A stretch of DNA of 32,000 bases. Source: Candidatus Nanopusillus sp. (GTDB taxonomy: Archaea; Nanobdellota; Nanobdellia; Nanobdellales; Nanobdellaceae). Shown one piece after another: positions 17,821 through 25,546 of the stretch (position 1 is its first letter; the number at the start of each line of letters is the position of its first letter). The translations under genes were made by a program, and so were the position numbers. The stretch spans positions 1 through 32,000 of the forward strand of contig DAIUEN010000001.1 in the NCBI GenBank assembly GCA_036845085.1, written 5' to 3'. Below the pieces are notes generated by a model that did not search any database, was not told where the DNA came from, and was given only the letters and a program-made list of their open reading frames with translations.

Positions 17821-18636
17821 ATGGTCTTTAGCGATACTATCATGGCCTTTGTGTATTATTTTGGATTTTTGGTAGTATCATTAGTAGTAGCATTGATAGT
17901 AGGATTTGTAGCATATAGAGTATTAGATAGAGTATTAGATAGATTAATAGAACCATACTATAATAAGTTTTATGAAGAATTAGGAACAAAGAGACCAGTA
18001 GATTTTTCAACAACGGTATCTGTAATATTAAGTGTATTATTTGGAGTATTGTCTTTTACTTGGGCATTTAACAATTTAATGAGTATAGTATCTTTAGATT
18101 ATTATACGATATTGACTCCATATATTGAAGTAACTTTAGCTGCAGCTGCTACAATATTTGGAGTTACTGGAGTAATATTTCTAATATTTGTAGGTACATT
18201 CTTTGCACTATTCTTTAGCTGGTACATATATAGGATGGTTTCTCCATATAGAGAAGATGTAGCATCACTACTAAGATTATTGCTATTCATAGGTTTAGTA
18301 TATGTTGTTTCTGTATCTTCATTAAGTGCATTAAACCTTGATGATGCAGAAATATTTGGATACATATTGGGAGCATTTGTAGTATTGTCAATAGGATGGG
18401 CAATTATAGAATTTGTTATGGAAAAAGTATCGAATACAAAGTCATTTGAAGAAATAAAACCATTCTTAGAATATTTCCTATTTGGAATCTTTATACTTTC
18501 AGCTTTATCCGTTTTAACCTTAGGATATAATGCAATTTCACAATCAACAATAAATATATTTGCCTGGGCCTTTGTTTTGATATTAGTAATAGCATTGGTA
18601 CCTTTTGTTATAAAGGCAATAAAATCTATATATTAG
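17821..18636 (+). CDS. Polytopic integral membrane protein of unknown function (271 aa)
   Basis: About 7 hydrophobic helices. Codon usage matches the neighbouring genes. No motif I recognise. Confidence 0.65.
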   Translation: MVFSDTIMAFVYYFGFLVVSLVVALIVGFVAYRVLDRVLDRLIEPYYNKFYEELGTKRPVDFSTTVSVILSVLFGVLSFTWAFNNLMSIVSLDYYTILTPYIEVTLAAAATIFGVTGVIFLIFVGTFFALFFSWYIYRMVSPYREDVASLLRLLLFIGLVYVVSVSSLSALNLDDAEIFGYILGAFVVLSIGWAIIEFVMEKVSNTKSFEEIKPFLEYFLFGIFILSALSVLTLGYNAISQSTINIFAWAFVLILVIALVPFVIKAIKSIY

Positions 18637-18667
18637 TTTTTTAACCTTTTTCTTAATATTTTTTTAA

Positions 18668-19270
18668 ATGAATAATATAGATGAATTAAAATTCCTTGGA
18701 AGATGGAAATATGAGATAGATGTAGAAGATGAAACATTAAGGAGAGTAATGAATCTAAGACCGTATATTTTACCTAGGACAGCTGGAAGATTTCAAAAGA
18801 AGAAATTTGGTAGAATTAATATTCCAATAATAGAAAGATTAATTGGTAAGTTAATGACACCTGGACATCTTGGTAAAAAACATAAATTTACATCTTATAG
18901 GGCAACTGGAAAGTATTATAAAAATTTACTAATTGTTGTTAAAGCATTTGAAATTATAGAAAAAGAACTAAAGGAGAATCCTATAAGGGTATTAACAAAA
19001 GCCATAGAAAATGCTGCTCCAAGAGAAGAGATTACTACCATAGAAATGGGTGGTGCTAGATATCCAAAAGCAGTTGATATATCTCCATTAAGAAGAGTTG
19101 ATTTAGCAATTAGACATATTGTGATTGGAGCATATCATAAATCTAGGAACAAATCCGATATGGCTAGTGCATTAGCTAAGGAAATAATCTTAGCTTATAA
19201 GAATTCTGTAGAATCTTTTGCAATTCAAAAGAAGTTAGAGTTAGAGAAATTAGCTTCTTCATCTAGATAA
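18668..19270 (+). CDS. rps7: Ribosomal protein uS7
   Basis: IIERLIGKLM..PGH..GKK...A..IVKKAFEII and NAAPREEITTIE.GGARYPKAVDISPLRRVDLAIRHI are the archaeal S7 pattern. Confidence 0.92.
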   Translation: MNNIDELKFLGRWKYEIDVEDETLRRVMNLRPYILPRTAGRFQKKKFGRINIPIIERLIGKLMTPGHLGKKHKFTSYRATGKYYKNLLIVVKAFEIIEKELKENPIRVLTKAIENAAPREEITTIEMGGARYPKAVDISPLRRVDLAIRHIVIGAYHKSRNKSDMASALAKEIILAYKNSVESFAIQKKLELEKLASSSR

Positions 19271-19284
19271 AAGATTATTTTCTA

Positions 19285-20115
19285 TTATTCAAATACTTTT
19301 TTGTATATATCTTTTAGTTGTGTTGGGACAACATGAGTATATACCTGTGTAATACTCAATGATGAGTGACCCAATAATTCTTGTATAAATCTAATATCAA
19401 CACCTTTTGACAGTAAAGTTGTAGCTAAAGAATGTCTAAGAACGTGTGGAGTTACTTTTTTATTTATACCAGCTTTAATGGTAGCGTTTTTTATTATTCT
19501 TTCTACTTGTCTAGTTGATAGCGGAAATATTCTATCACTATTAGTTTCTTTAATATATTCTCTTAATTCATTTAATAGAAAGCTTGGTATTGGAACAATT
19601 CTTTCTTTTCCACCTTTTCCATATATCTTTACAAAACCATCAGTCCAGATTATATCACTCTTTTTTATATTGACTAATTCGCTTACTCGGACTCCGGTAT
19701 AAAATAAAAACTTTATAATTAATCTATCTCTTTTATTATCTACAGCTTCTAATAATCTATTAAATTCTTCTAAAGTTATAAATTTAGGCAATTTTTTATC
19801 AACTTTTGGTGCTTTTATTTGTTTTGCTAATTGCTCATTATCTAAAAATTTTAAAAAAGAAGATATAGCTCTGACGTATAATCTTAAAGAATTATAATCT
19901 AGGTTTTTGTTTACTTTTATATTTGCAAGAAATTTGAATATCAAATTTCTGTTCATATATGTTTGTAATACGTACATATCTATTTCGTTTGCTTTTAGCT
20001 CATTTTTTAGGAAATCTAAAAGCTTTTTTATTACAATAGAATATGTTTTTATTGTATTTTTTGATTTACCCTGAAGTTCTAACCATACTTTGTATTGATC
20101 TAAGATATTATCCAT
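19285..20115 (-). CDS. xerA: Tyrosine recombinase, XerA/XerC/XerD family
   Basis: Catalytic motifs are present: TGVRVSELVNI (Arg), HVLRHSLATTLL (H-x-x-R) and ELLGHSSLSITQVYTHV (His and Tyr). The ORF extends to 20184. I place the start at Met24 (20115) because a TATA-like element lies about 30 nt upstream and the extension has no homology. Confidence 0.88.
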   Translation of the reverse strand: MDNILDQYKVWLELQGKSKNTIKTYSIVIKKLLDFLKNELKANEIDMYVLQTYMNRNLIFKFLANIKVNKNLDYNSLRLYVRAISSFLKFLDNEQLAKQIKAPKVDKKLPKFITLEEFNRLLEAVDNKRDRLIIKFLFYTGVRVSELVNIKKSDIIWTDGFVKIYGKGGKERIVPIPSFLLNELREYIKETNSDRIFPLSTRQVERIIKNATIKAGINKKVTPHVLRHSLATTLLSKGVDIRFIQELLGHSSLSITQVYTHVVPTQLKDIYKKVFE

Positions 20116-20164
20116 TGTTATAATGGAATACTTTAGAATATTTATATTTTTCTCTAAATAGAAT

Positions 20165-20223
20165 ATATTATCCCCACATGCCATGCACTAGGGATAATAT
20201 GAACTAGTTCCTCCATGTGGGGA
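20165..20223. repeat. GC-rich nested and alternative inverted repeats
   Basis: TCCCCACATG (20171-20180) pairs with CATGTGGGGA (20214-20223). Inside it, ACTAG (20187-20191) pairs with CTAGT (20204-20208). Alternatively, ATATTATCCC (20165-20174) pairs with GGGATAATAT (20191-20200). All were read directly from the sequence. Confidence 0.7.
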
Positions 20224-20886
20224 ACAAAAATGAAGATGTTGGCTTGAAGCTGAAGAGTGATGAATACGGCTACTCAGATAATTAAATAACCCGCAAATAT
20301 ATTCTTTAGCAGTTTTAGCATGTTTTTTATATTTATTAGAATATTTTTCAAATATGTTTGATAATAATTCTTCATTAATTCCATGTTTCATTGCTAAAGT
20401 AAGTAATGTAAATACATCCATCAGATCTTTTTCTTCTTTTCTATTTAAATATGTAAATATTTTATCAACTAATAGCCATTCTAATCTAGCAACCCTCACT
20501 TTGATTTTTCTTTTTCCAATTTTTATTTCTAAGTCTTCGTATGGTATTTCTTCATTACTAAATAATATACTTACTTTAGGACCATTTTCGTAAATTATTT
20601 CTATACCATCTTTTCCAAAAATTTTACGTTCTATTATTTTCTTTATGTCATTAATTCTATATACTATAGATTTAATATATATTATATCTTTTTCTTTTGC
20701 CAATAAGTCAATATCCTCTGTTTTTCTATATTTTATAACATCAAGTCCTGCATCTATTAAATATACCGCTACAGCCATTCCGCCCATTAGTATTGGTTTT
20801 TTATCATCATCAAATGACTTTAATATATCATCTAAGACTTTTATAGTTCTAGCTTCTGTTAGCGAATAAGTATATTTATTTGGCAT
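20188..20886 (-). CDS. Nucleotidyltransferase-fold protein (AbiEii/DUF1814-like)
   Basis: PILMGGMAVAVYL....RKTEDIDLL fits the GG-x(n)-D-x-D nucleotidyltransferase motif. LEWLLVDKIFTYLNRKEEKDLMDVF resembles the AbiEii C-terminal region. The last ~35 aa (HHSSASSQHLHFCSPHGGTSSYYP) are encoded by the GC-rich repeat patch and may not be genuine. Confidence 0.5.
   Translation of the reverse strand: MPNKYTYSLTEARTIKVLDDILKSFDDDKKPILMGGMAVAVYLIDAGLDVIKYRKTEDIDLLAKEKDIIYIKSIVYRINDIKKIIERKIFGKDGIEIIYENGPKVSILFSNEEIPYEDLEIKIGKRKIKVRVARLEWLLVDKIFTYLNRKEEKDLMDVFTLLTLAMKHGINEELLSNIFEKYSNKYKKHAKTAKEYICGLFNYLSSRIHHSSASSQHLHFCSPHGGTSSYYP
20230..20278 (+). ncRNA. Weak candidate C/D-box sRNA
   Basis: Layout is ATGAAGA(C-like)-13 nt-CTGA(D')-AGA-GTGATGA(C')-11 nt-CAGA(D-like). 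The inner boxes are perfect but the outer boxes each carry one mismatch. Spacers are 13 and 11 nt rather than 12. It overlaps the 3' end of the minus-strand ORF. Confidence 0.2.
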
Positions 20887-20952
20887 TACATTATATAGTA
20901 TAGAAAATTTTATAAAAGTTACTTAAGAATTATCTACCAAAAAATGATCATA

Positions 20953-21810
20953 TTATAGATTTAGCTTTTCTTTTAGCGCCAATGCCCTATTATTTGCAAT
21001 TTTCAGCAATAATTCTATATTTTCTTTAGTAGGTATACCTGTGTGTAGCGATAACTTTATAGCATTCTGGTACGTTTCTTTTAATAGCAATGACATATTT
21101 TCTTTAGTAGGTATACCAGCTTTTACTGATAATACTATAGATCTTCTAAATGCTTCTCTTAGATCTTCTACATATTTCTCTAATGGTATATTTAATATAT
21201 CTTGGTTGTAAAGTACATTTCCGTCATAAACTAGTACTAATCTTAATTTTACTTCTATCGGTTGTATATTGAATTTTTGTAATAAAGATGCCAAGGATTC
21301 GTCAACTTTATCTCCTTTTTTAGCGACTACATGATCTTCAGCAATAACAATTTTTCCTCCTTCTACTTTAGTTTTTATATTAAACTTTTTCAATTCTGTT
21401 AATATAGGACCAGGGGTAAAATTAGTAGGACCTGCCTTTATTACAACATCTTGATCTAATACATCTCCAACTCTTGCAGATCTATAACTTTTATTTTCAT
21501 CTAATATCTTTTTTAATAAAAAAGGATTTATATTATCTTTAGGTATCAATAATGCTACAGTAATTCTTTTGTTATTCTCTAATTCTTTTATCATCTCTTT
21601 CAATTTTTCATTATTTGTTTTTTCTAGAGTTTTTATTAATAAACTCTTTTTTACAACTTTTATAAAGAATCCTTGCTCTTTTAATTTTTTTCTTATTATT
21701 TGAAGTGCAGATGTTGGAACATCCATTACATTTGCTATTGCTATCACTTTACTTTTTGATATTATATCATACAAATTATTTACATACATTATTTTTTGTT
21801 GTGAAACCAT
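20953..21810 (-). CDS. rpl10: Ribosomal stalk protein uL10 (acidic ribosomal protein P0 homologue), with no acidic C-terminal tail
   Basis: The N-terminal L10 domain is VIAIANVMDVPTSALQIIRKKLK...VVKKSL. It sits after rpl1 in the conserved L11-L1-L10 order. It ends ...ANNRALALKEKLNL. Confidence 0.88.
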   Translation of the reverse strand: MVSQQKIMYVNNLYDIISKSKVIAIANVMDVPTSALQIIRKKLKEQGFFIKVVKKSLLIKTLEKTNNEKLKEMIKELENNKRITVALLIPKDNINPFLLKKILDENKSYRSARVGDVLDQDVVIKAGPTNFTPGPILTELKKFNIKTKVEGGKIVIAEDHVVAKKGDKVDESLASLLQKFNIQPIEVKLRLVLVYDGNVLYNQDILNIPLEKYVEDLREAFRRSIVLSVKAGIPTKENMSLLLKETYQNAIKLSLHTGIPTKENIELLLKIANNRALALKEKLNL

Positions 21811-21815
21811 TTTAT

Positions 21816-22469
21816 TTATAATATTCTGTAAGCTTGGCTCATTGTAAGCTTTATATAAACACTCCTTATTGCATTTTTTCCATCAGGTAGTCTATTTATT
21901 ATATAATTTAATGCATAATTGGCGTTTTCTAATAGATCCTCTACTTTCATTTTTTCTGTACCAATTGGAATACCAAATGTAATATGCTTTTTTACTTCTA
22001 CTCTAACATATTTCTGTAATTTATCATATAAAGATTTCAATTGATCTTTTGTAAAATTATCTGGGAATACCATACCATATTTGGGATTTGGCATTTTTCC
22101 TCTAGTGCTTAGATATTTACCCATATACTTACCTAAATCTATCATAGTTGATGCCTGTGCAACAAAAATATAATATTTTTTTGCTATTTCTTTAGCTTTT
22201 CTCTTGTTTTGCCCTATATCTTTTAATTCATCTTTTGTTATTACATAATCGAATACATCTCTAGCTAGTTTTTCTAATTCTGGACCAACTATTGCTGCAA
22301 TTGTATTTTTCTTTCCTCTACCTTTTGGCAGTTCTATATATTCTAAAAATTTGTTTTCATTTTTCTTTAGATCATATGTTTTTTTTAGATTTATTATTAA
22401 TTCAACTGTTTGTGTAAATTTTCTTTTTTTAGATTCTTTTAATAGTCTTTCTATGACAATACGGTCCAT
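21816..22469 (-). CDS. rpl1: Ribosomal protein uL1
   Basis: RKFTQTVELIINLK...LPKGRGK...IAAIV and GKYLSTRGKMPNP fit the L1 family. Conserved position. Confidence 0.92.
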   Translation of the reverse strand: MDRIVIERLLKESKKRKFTQTVELIINLKKTYDLKKNENKFLEYIELPKGRGKKNTIAAIVGPELEKLARDVFDYVITKDELKDIGQNKRKAKEIAKKYYIFVAQASTMIDLGKYMGKYLSTRGKMPNPKYGMVFPDNFTKDQLKSLYDKLQKYVRVEVKKHITFGIPIGTEKMKVEDLLENANYALNYIINRLPDGKNAIRSVYIKLTMSQAYRIL

Positions 22470-22500
22470 TGTTTGTTAAGTATAGATTATTTTTAAAAAG

Positions 22501-22983
22501 CTACTCTTTTAATAGGCGATCGTATTTACCTTCATCTATTTCTTTAATAATTTCTTTTGGATTTCTATTATCTACTGTTATACCCATAGACAATGCAGTT
22601 CCTAATACCATTTTTACTGCGTTTTTTAAATTTGAAGTATTCGTATCTTTAATTTTCATTTTTGCAATTTTGATTACTTGTTGTAAAGAAACATTTCCTA
22701 CAACTTCTTTACCAGCAGAATGGGCAGCAGTTTCTATCCCAGCTTCTTTTTTTAATAAAGAAGATGTTGGAGGTAAACCTACTTCTATAGTATATTTTTT
22801 TGTATCTGTATCTATTATTATTTTTACTGGAACCTGCATTCCTTTAAAATCTTTTGTAGCTTCATTTATTTTATTAATAACTTCTCCCACATTCAGTTTT
22901 AGTTGACTTAGTCTTGGTGCTATTGTAGGACCTGCTTTAGCATTTCCACCTTCTACTAATAGTTCTATTACTTCTGTGCCCAT
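22501..22983 (-). CDS. rpl11: Ribosomal protein uL11
   Basis: VEGGNAKAGPTIAPRLSQLKLNV...FKGMQVPVKI...YTIEVGLPPTSSLLKKEAGIE..AH fits the L11 family. Confidence 0.93.
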   Translation of the reverse strand: MGTEVIELLVEGGNAKAGPTIAPRLSQLKLNVGEVINKINEATKDFKGMQVPVKIIIDTDTKKYTIEVGLPPTSSLLKKEAGIETAAHSAGKEVVGNVSLQQVIKIAKMKIKDTNTSNLKNAVKMVLGTALSMGITVDNRNPKEIIKEIDEGKYDRLLKE

Positions 22984-23023
22984 TTTTTCAAATTTTATAA
23001 ATATATTTTAAAAACTTTGGAAT

Positions 23024-23218
23024 ATGGGTAATTTTATAGAATCTATAAAAAGACTTAAAGATATATATGATATAGCTTCAAAACCTAAATGGGAGGAAGT
23101 AAAGAAAATAGTATATATTACTATCTTGTTTTTCGCTTTAGTATCAATTGTTGCTTTTGCAGTATTAATATTTATAAACTTACAATTTAGTAGTTTATTA
23201 TGCCAATATATGCCGTAG
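23024..23218 (+). CDS. secE: Protein translocase subunit SecE (Sec61 gamma)
   Basis: 64 aa. KPKWEEVKKIVYITILFFALVSIVAFAVLIFI is a single C-terminal TM helix. It lies immediately upstream of spt5/nusG, as is universally conserved. Confidence 0.8.
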   Translation: MGNFIESIKRLKDIYDIASKPKWEEVKKIVYITILFFALVSIVAFAVLIFINLQFSSLLCQYMP

Positions 23219-23640
23219 TTGTAACAGCTGGAAAAGAAGAGTATGTTGCAGATATTATATATAATGTTGCTAAAAGATCAAAATTGGAATTATATTCAGT
23301 TATGGCAATACCTCAATTAAAAGGATTTGTATTTGTTGAAGCACCAAATAACTTAGAAGTTCAAAGGGCCATATTGGGTATAAGATATGCTAAAAGAGTA
23401 CTACCTGAAGAAATTCCTATAGATGAATTAAAAAGATACTTTGAAGAAGAAAAAATAGAAGTAAATGTTGGAGATATTGTAGAAATAATCGTTGGTGGGT
23501 TCAAAGGCGCTAGGGCAAAGGTTGTAAAAATAGATAATAAGAAACAAGAGTTATTAGTAGAATTACTCGATGTACCAGTTCCTCTAAATATATCGATACC
23601 TATTAATAATGTAAAAGTTGTAGAAAAAAGTTCTAAATAA
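23200..23640 (+). CDS. spt5: Transcription elongation factor Spt5 (NusG)
   Basis: NGN domain (IYAVVVTAGKEEYVADII...GFVFVEA) plus a KOW motif (GDIVEIIVGGFKGARAKVVKID). Confidence 0.9.
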   Translation: MPIYAVVVTAGKEEYVADIIYNVAKRSKLELYSVMAIPQLKGFVFVEAPNNLEVQRAILGIRYAKRVLPEEIPIDELKRYFEEEKIEVNVGDIVEIIVGGFKGARAKVVKIDNKKQELLVELLDVPVPLNISIPINNVKVVEKSSK

Positions 23641-24712
23641 CTTCTATTCCAAGTTCGCTCTCTAATTTTCCTTTTTCCTCTTTTGGTAATTCTGCTTCCT
23701 TTTTTATTCCTAATACAAAAGATGGTATTGACTTCAATTTTGTAATTACTACAGACACTCTCACATAATTTTTCTTATCTTCTTCAAAGGATATACCGTG
23801 TATTATCTTTGCTTTTGGATCTAATACCGCTTTTATATTTTCCAATATTTTATCTACATCTTGAGATGTTATATCTGGAGATGCACTAATCCTTATTAAT
23901 GCTGCCTGAGCTCCTGCAATATCTATGTCAATTAATGGATTATTTAAGGCTCTTTGTACAGCTTCTGCAACTCTGTTCTCAGAATTTGATTCTCCTATAC
24001 CAAATATACCATATCCAGAATTACTTACTATTGTTCTAAAATCTGCAAAGTCTACATTTATATATCCAGGTTTTGTAAGTAGTTCTGTTAATTCTTTTAG
24101 GGCATTTGCTAATAAATTATCTGCAGCTTTAAAAGCTTGTACAAGTGATAAATTTGGATATAATTGAAGTATTTTATCATTTGGTATAATTATTAGTAAA
24201 TCTACATTTTTTTCTAACCTCTCCAAAGAATATATAGCATTATCCCATATATTATTACCTTCAGAACTAAATGGCCATGTACATACAGCAATAACAATAG
24301 CTCCCATCTTCTTTGCAATTTCAGCAACAATTGGGGCAGATCCACCCCCAGTTCCTCCACCAAGACCACAGGTTACGAATACGACATCTGCTCCTTCTAA
24401 AACTTTCTTTATTTCTTGCTCTGATTCTTTTGCAGCTTCTTCTCCAACTTTTGGATCTTTTCCAGCTCCTAAACCTTTTGTTAGTTGTTTTCCTATTAAA
24501 ATCTTTTTATGAGACTTTGTTACTATAAGATGCCTAACATCTGTATTTATTGCTATTAATTCAGGACCTTGAACATTCATTTCATATAATCTGCTGATAG
24601 TATTACTTCCACCTCCACCACATCCAACAACTTTTATCCTTTTTACAGTCAAAGATAAAAACTCTTCCAACTCTTTATCAAATATGTTTGTATTCTGTCC
24701 CACATCAACCAT
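23633..24712 (-). CDS. ftsZ: Cell division GTPase FtsZ
   Basis: VVGCGGGGSNTISRL, the tubulin signature GLGGGTGGGSAPIVAEIAK, and NVDFADFRTI. Confidence 0.96.
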   Translation of the reverse strand: MVDVGQNTNIFDKELEEFLSLTVKRIKVVGCGGGGSNTISRLYEMNVQGPELIAINTDVRHLIVTKSHKKILIGKQLTKGLGAGKDPKVGEEAAKESEQEIKKVLEGADVVFVTCGLGGGTGGGSAPIVAEIAKKMGAIVIAVCTWPFSSEGNNIWDNAIYSLERLEKNVDLLIIIPNDKILQLYPNLSLVQAFKAADNLLANALKELTELLTKPGYINVDFADFRTIVSNSGYGIFGIGESNSENRVAEAVQRALNNPLIDIDIAGAQAALIRISASPDITSQDVDKILENIKAVLDPKAKIIHGISFEEDKKNYVRVSVVITKLKSIPSFVLGIKKEAELPKEEKGKLESELGIEVI

Positions 24713-24811
24713 TTAATTTAAGTATAAATAAATTTTATTAATTTTATTTTTATGGTTTAGCCAAGATGATTAATAAATACACATTTAAGCTTTTTTATTA
24801 TTTATTCTTCC

Positions 24812-25387
24812 ATGAGATGGTTAGAAATAGAATATGAAATATATTCAGACGATAATAGATTATTTGAAAAGACGGATAAACCTATAATTGTACCTATAGG
24901 TAAAAATCTTTTATTTGAATCTATAGAAAATAACTTAAAAGATGCAGAAGTTGGAAAAATATATAAATTCTTAGTTAAAAAACCTTATGGAGATAGATTA
25001 GATTCTTTAGTAATGATAGTTCCATTATCTGAATTCTTATCTAGAAATATAAATCCAATACCAAATTTAGTAGTTGAAATTGATGGGAAAATAGGAATTG
25101 TTAGGGCCGTGAGTGGCGGTAGAGTGATAGTTGATTTTAATCATCCTCTGGCTGGAAGGGATGCTATATTTTATATAAAAGTAAATAGAGAAGTAACTGA
25201 TCTAAAAGAAAAAATAAAAGGACTATTAAATCTATTATTTAAAATAGGCTATAATGATATAGATGTTTCTATAAATGACAAAAAAATAATTATAAAAATA
25301 AAAGATTATAAACCAAACGATAATTTAAAGTCTATACTAAAAGAATATATAGATGAAATAAAAGATTTTGAAATATCTTTTGAATAG
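24812..25387 (+). CDS. FKBP-type peptidyl-prolyl cis-trans isomerase (SlyD-like, with an insert-in-flap domain)
   Basis: VSGGRVIVDFNHPLAGRDAIFYIKV is the hallmark archaeal FKBP/SlyD C-terminal motif. The upstream sequence is FKBP-like (EVGKIYKFLVKKPYGDR). Confidence 0.85.
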   Translation: MRWLEIEYEIYSDDNRLFEKTDKPIIVPIGKNLLFESIENNLKDAEVGKIYKFLVKKPYGDRLDSLVMIVPLSEFLSRNINPIPNLVVEIDGKIGIVRAVSGGRVIVDFNHPLAGRDAIFYIKVNREVTDLKEKIKGLLNLLFKIGYNDIDVSINDKKIIIKIKDYKPNDNLKSILKEYIDEIKDFEISFE

Positions 25388-25440
25388 TATATATCAATTT
25401 AAACTTTTTAATTTATCAACAATAAATAATTATATAAAAA

Positions 25441-25516
25441 GGGCCCGTAGCTCAGCTGGCCTTAGAGCGTCGGGCTCTTAACCCGAAGGTCGGGGGTTCG
25501 AATCCCCCCGGGCCCG
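25441..25516 (+). tRNA. tRNA-Lys (anticodon CUU); no encoded CCA
   Basis: Hand-folded cloverleaf. Acceptor GGGCCCG/CGGGCCC, D stem GCTC/GAGC, anticodon stem TCGGG/CCCGA with loop CTCTTAA (CTT), T stem GGGGG/CCCCC with loop TTCGAAT, discriminator G. 53 of 76 nt are G+C. Confidence 0.93.
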
Positions 25517-25546
25517 ATTTAAAATTATGTATATAATATAATAATC

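Noticed and set aside
17917-17940. Perfect tandem 12-bp repeat AGAGTATTAGAT x2
   Set aside because: It is only two copies, in frame (RVLDRVLD), within a membrane-protein CDS. This is too small to call a repeat element, and it is noted under the insertion finding instead.
20116-20184. 23-aa N-terminal extension of the Xer recombinase ORF (start at 20184)
   Set aside because: The extension overlaps the inverted-repeat patch and a TATA-like element. The conserved Xer N-terminal domain begins just after Met24. The longer form cannot be strictly excluded.
20165-20223. Inverted repeats upstream of xerA as a dif recombination site
   Set aside because: Known Xer/dif sites have ~11-bp arms separated by a 6-8 bp central region. 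Here the arm pairs are 16 and 33 nt apart and their orientation and sequence do not match the archaeal dif consensus as I remember it. It is kept only as a low-probability alternative in the finding.
22469-22906. 145-aa + strand ORF antisense to rpl11
   Set aside because: It lies entirely within the confidently identified L11 gene on the opposite strand. Its low-complexity hydrophobic translation is typical of antisense reading of an AT-rich gene.
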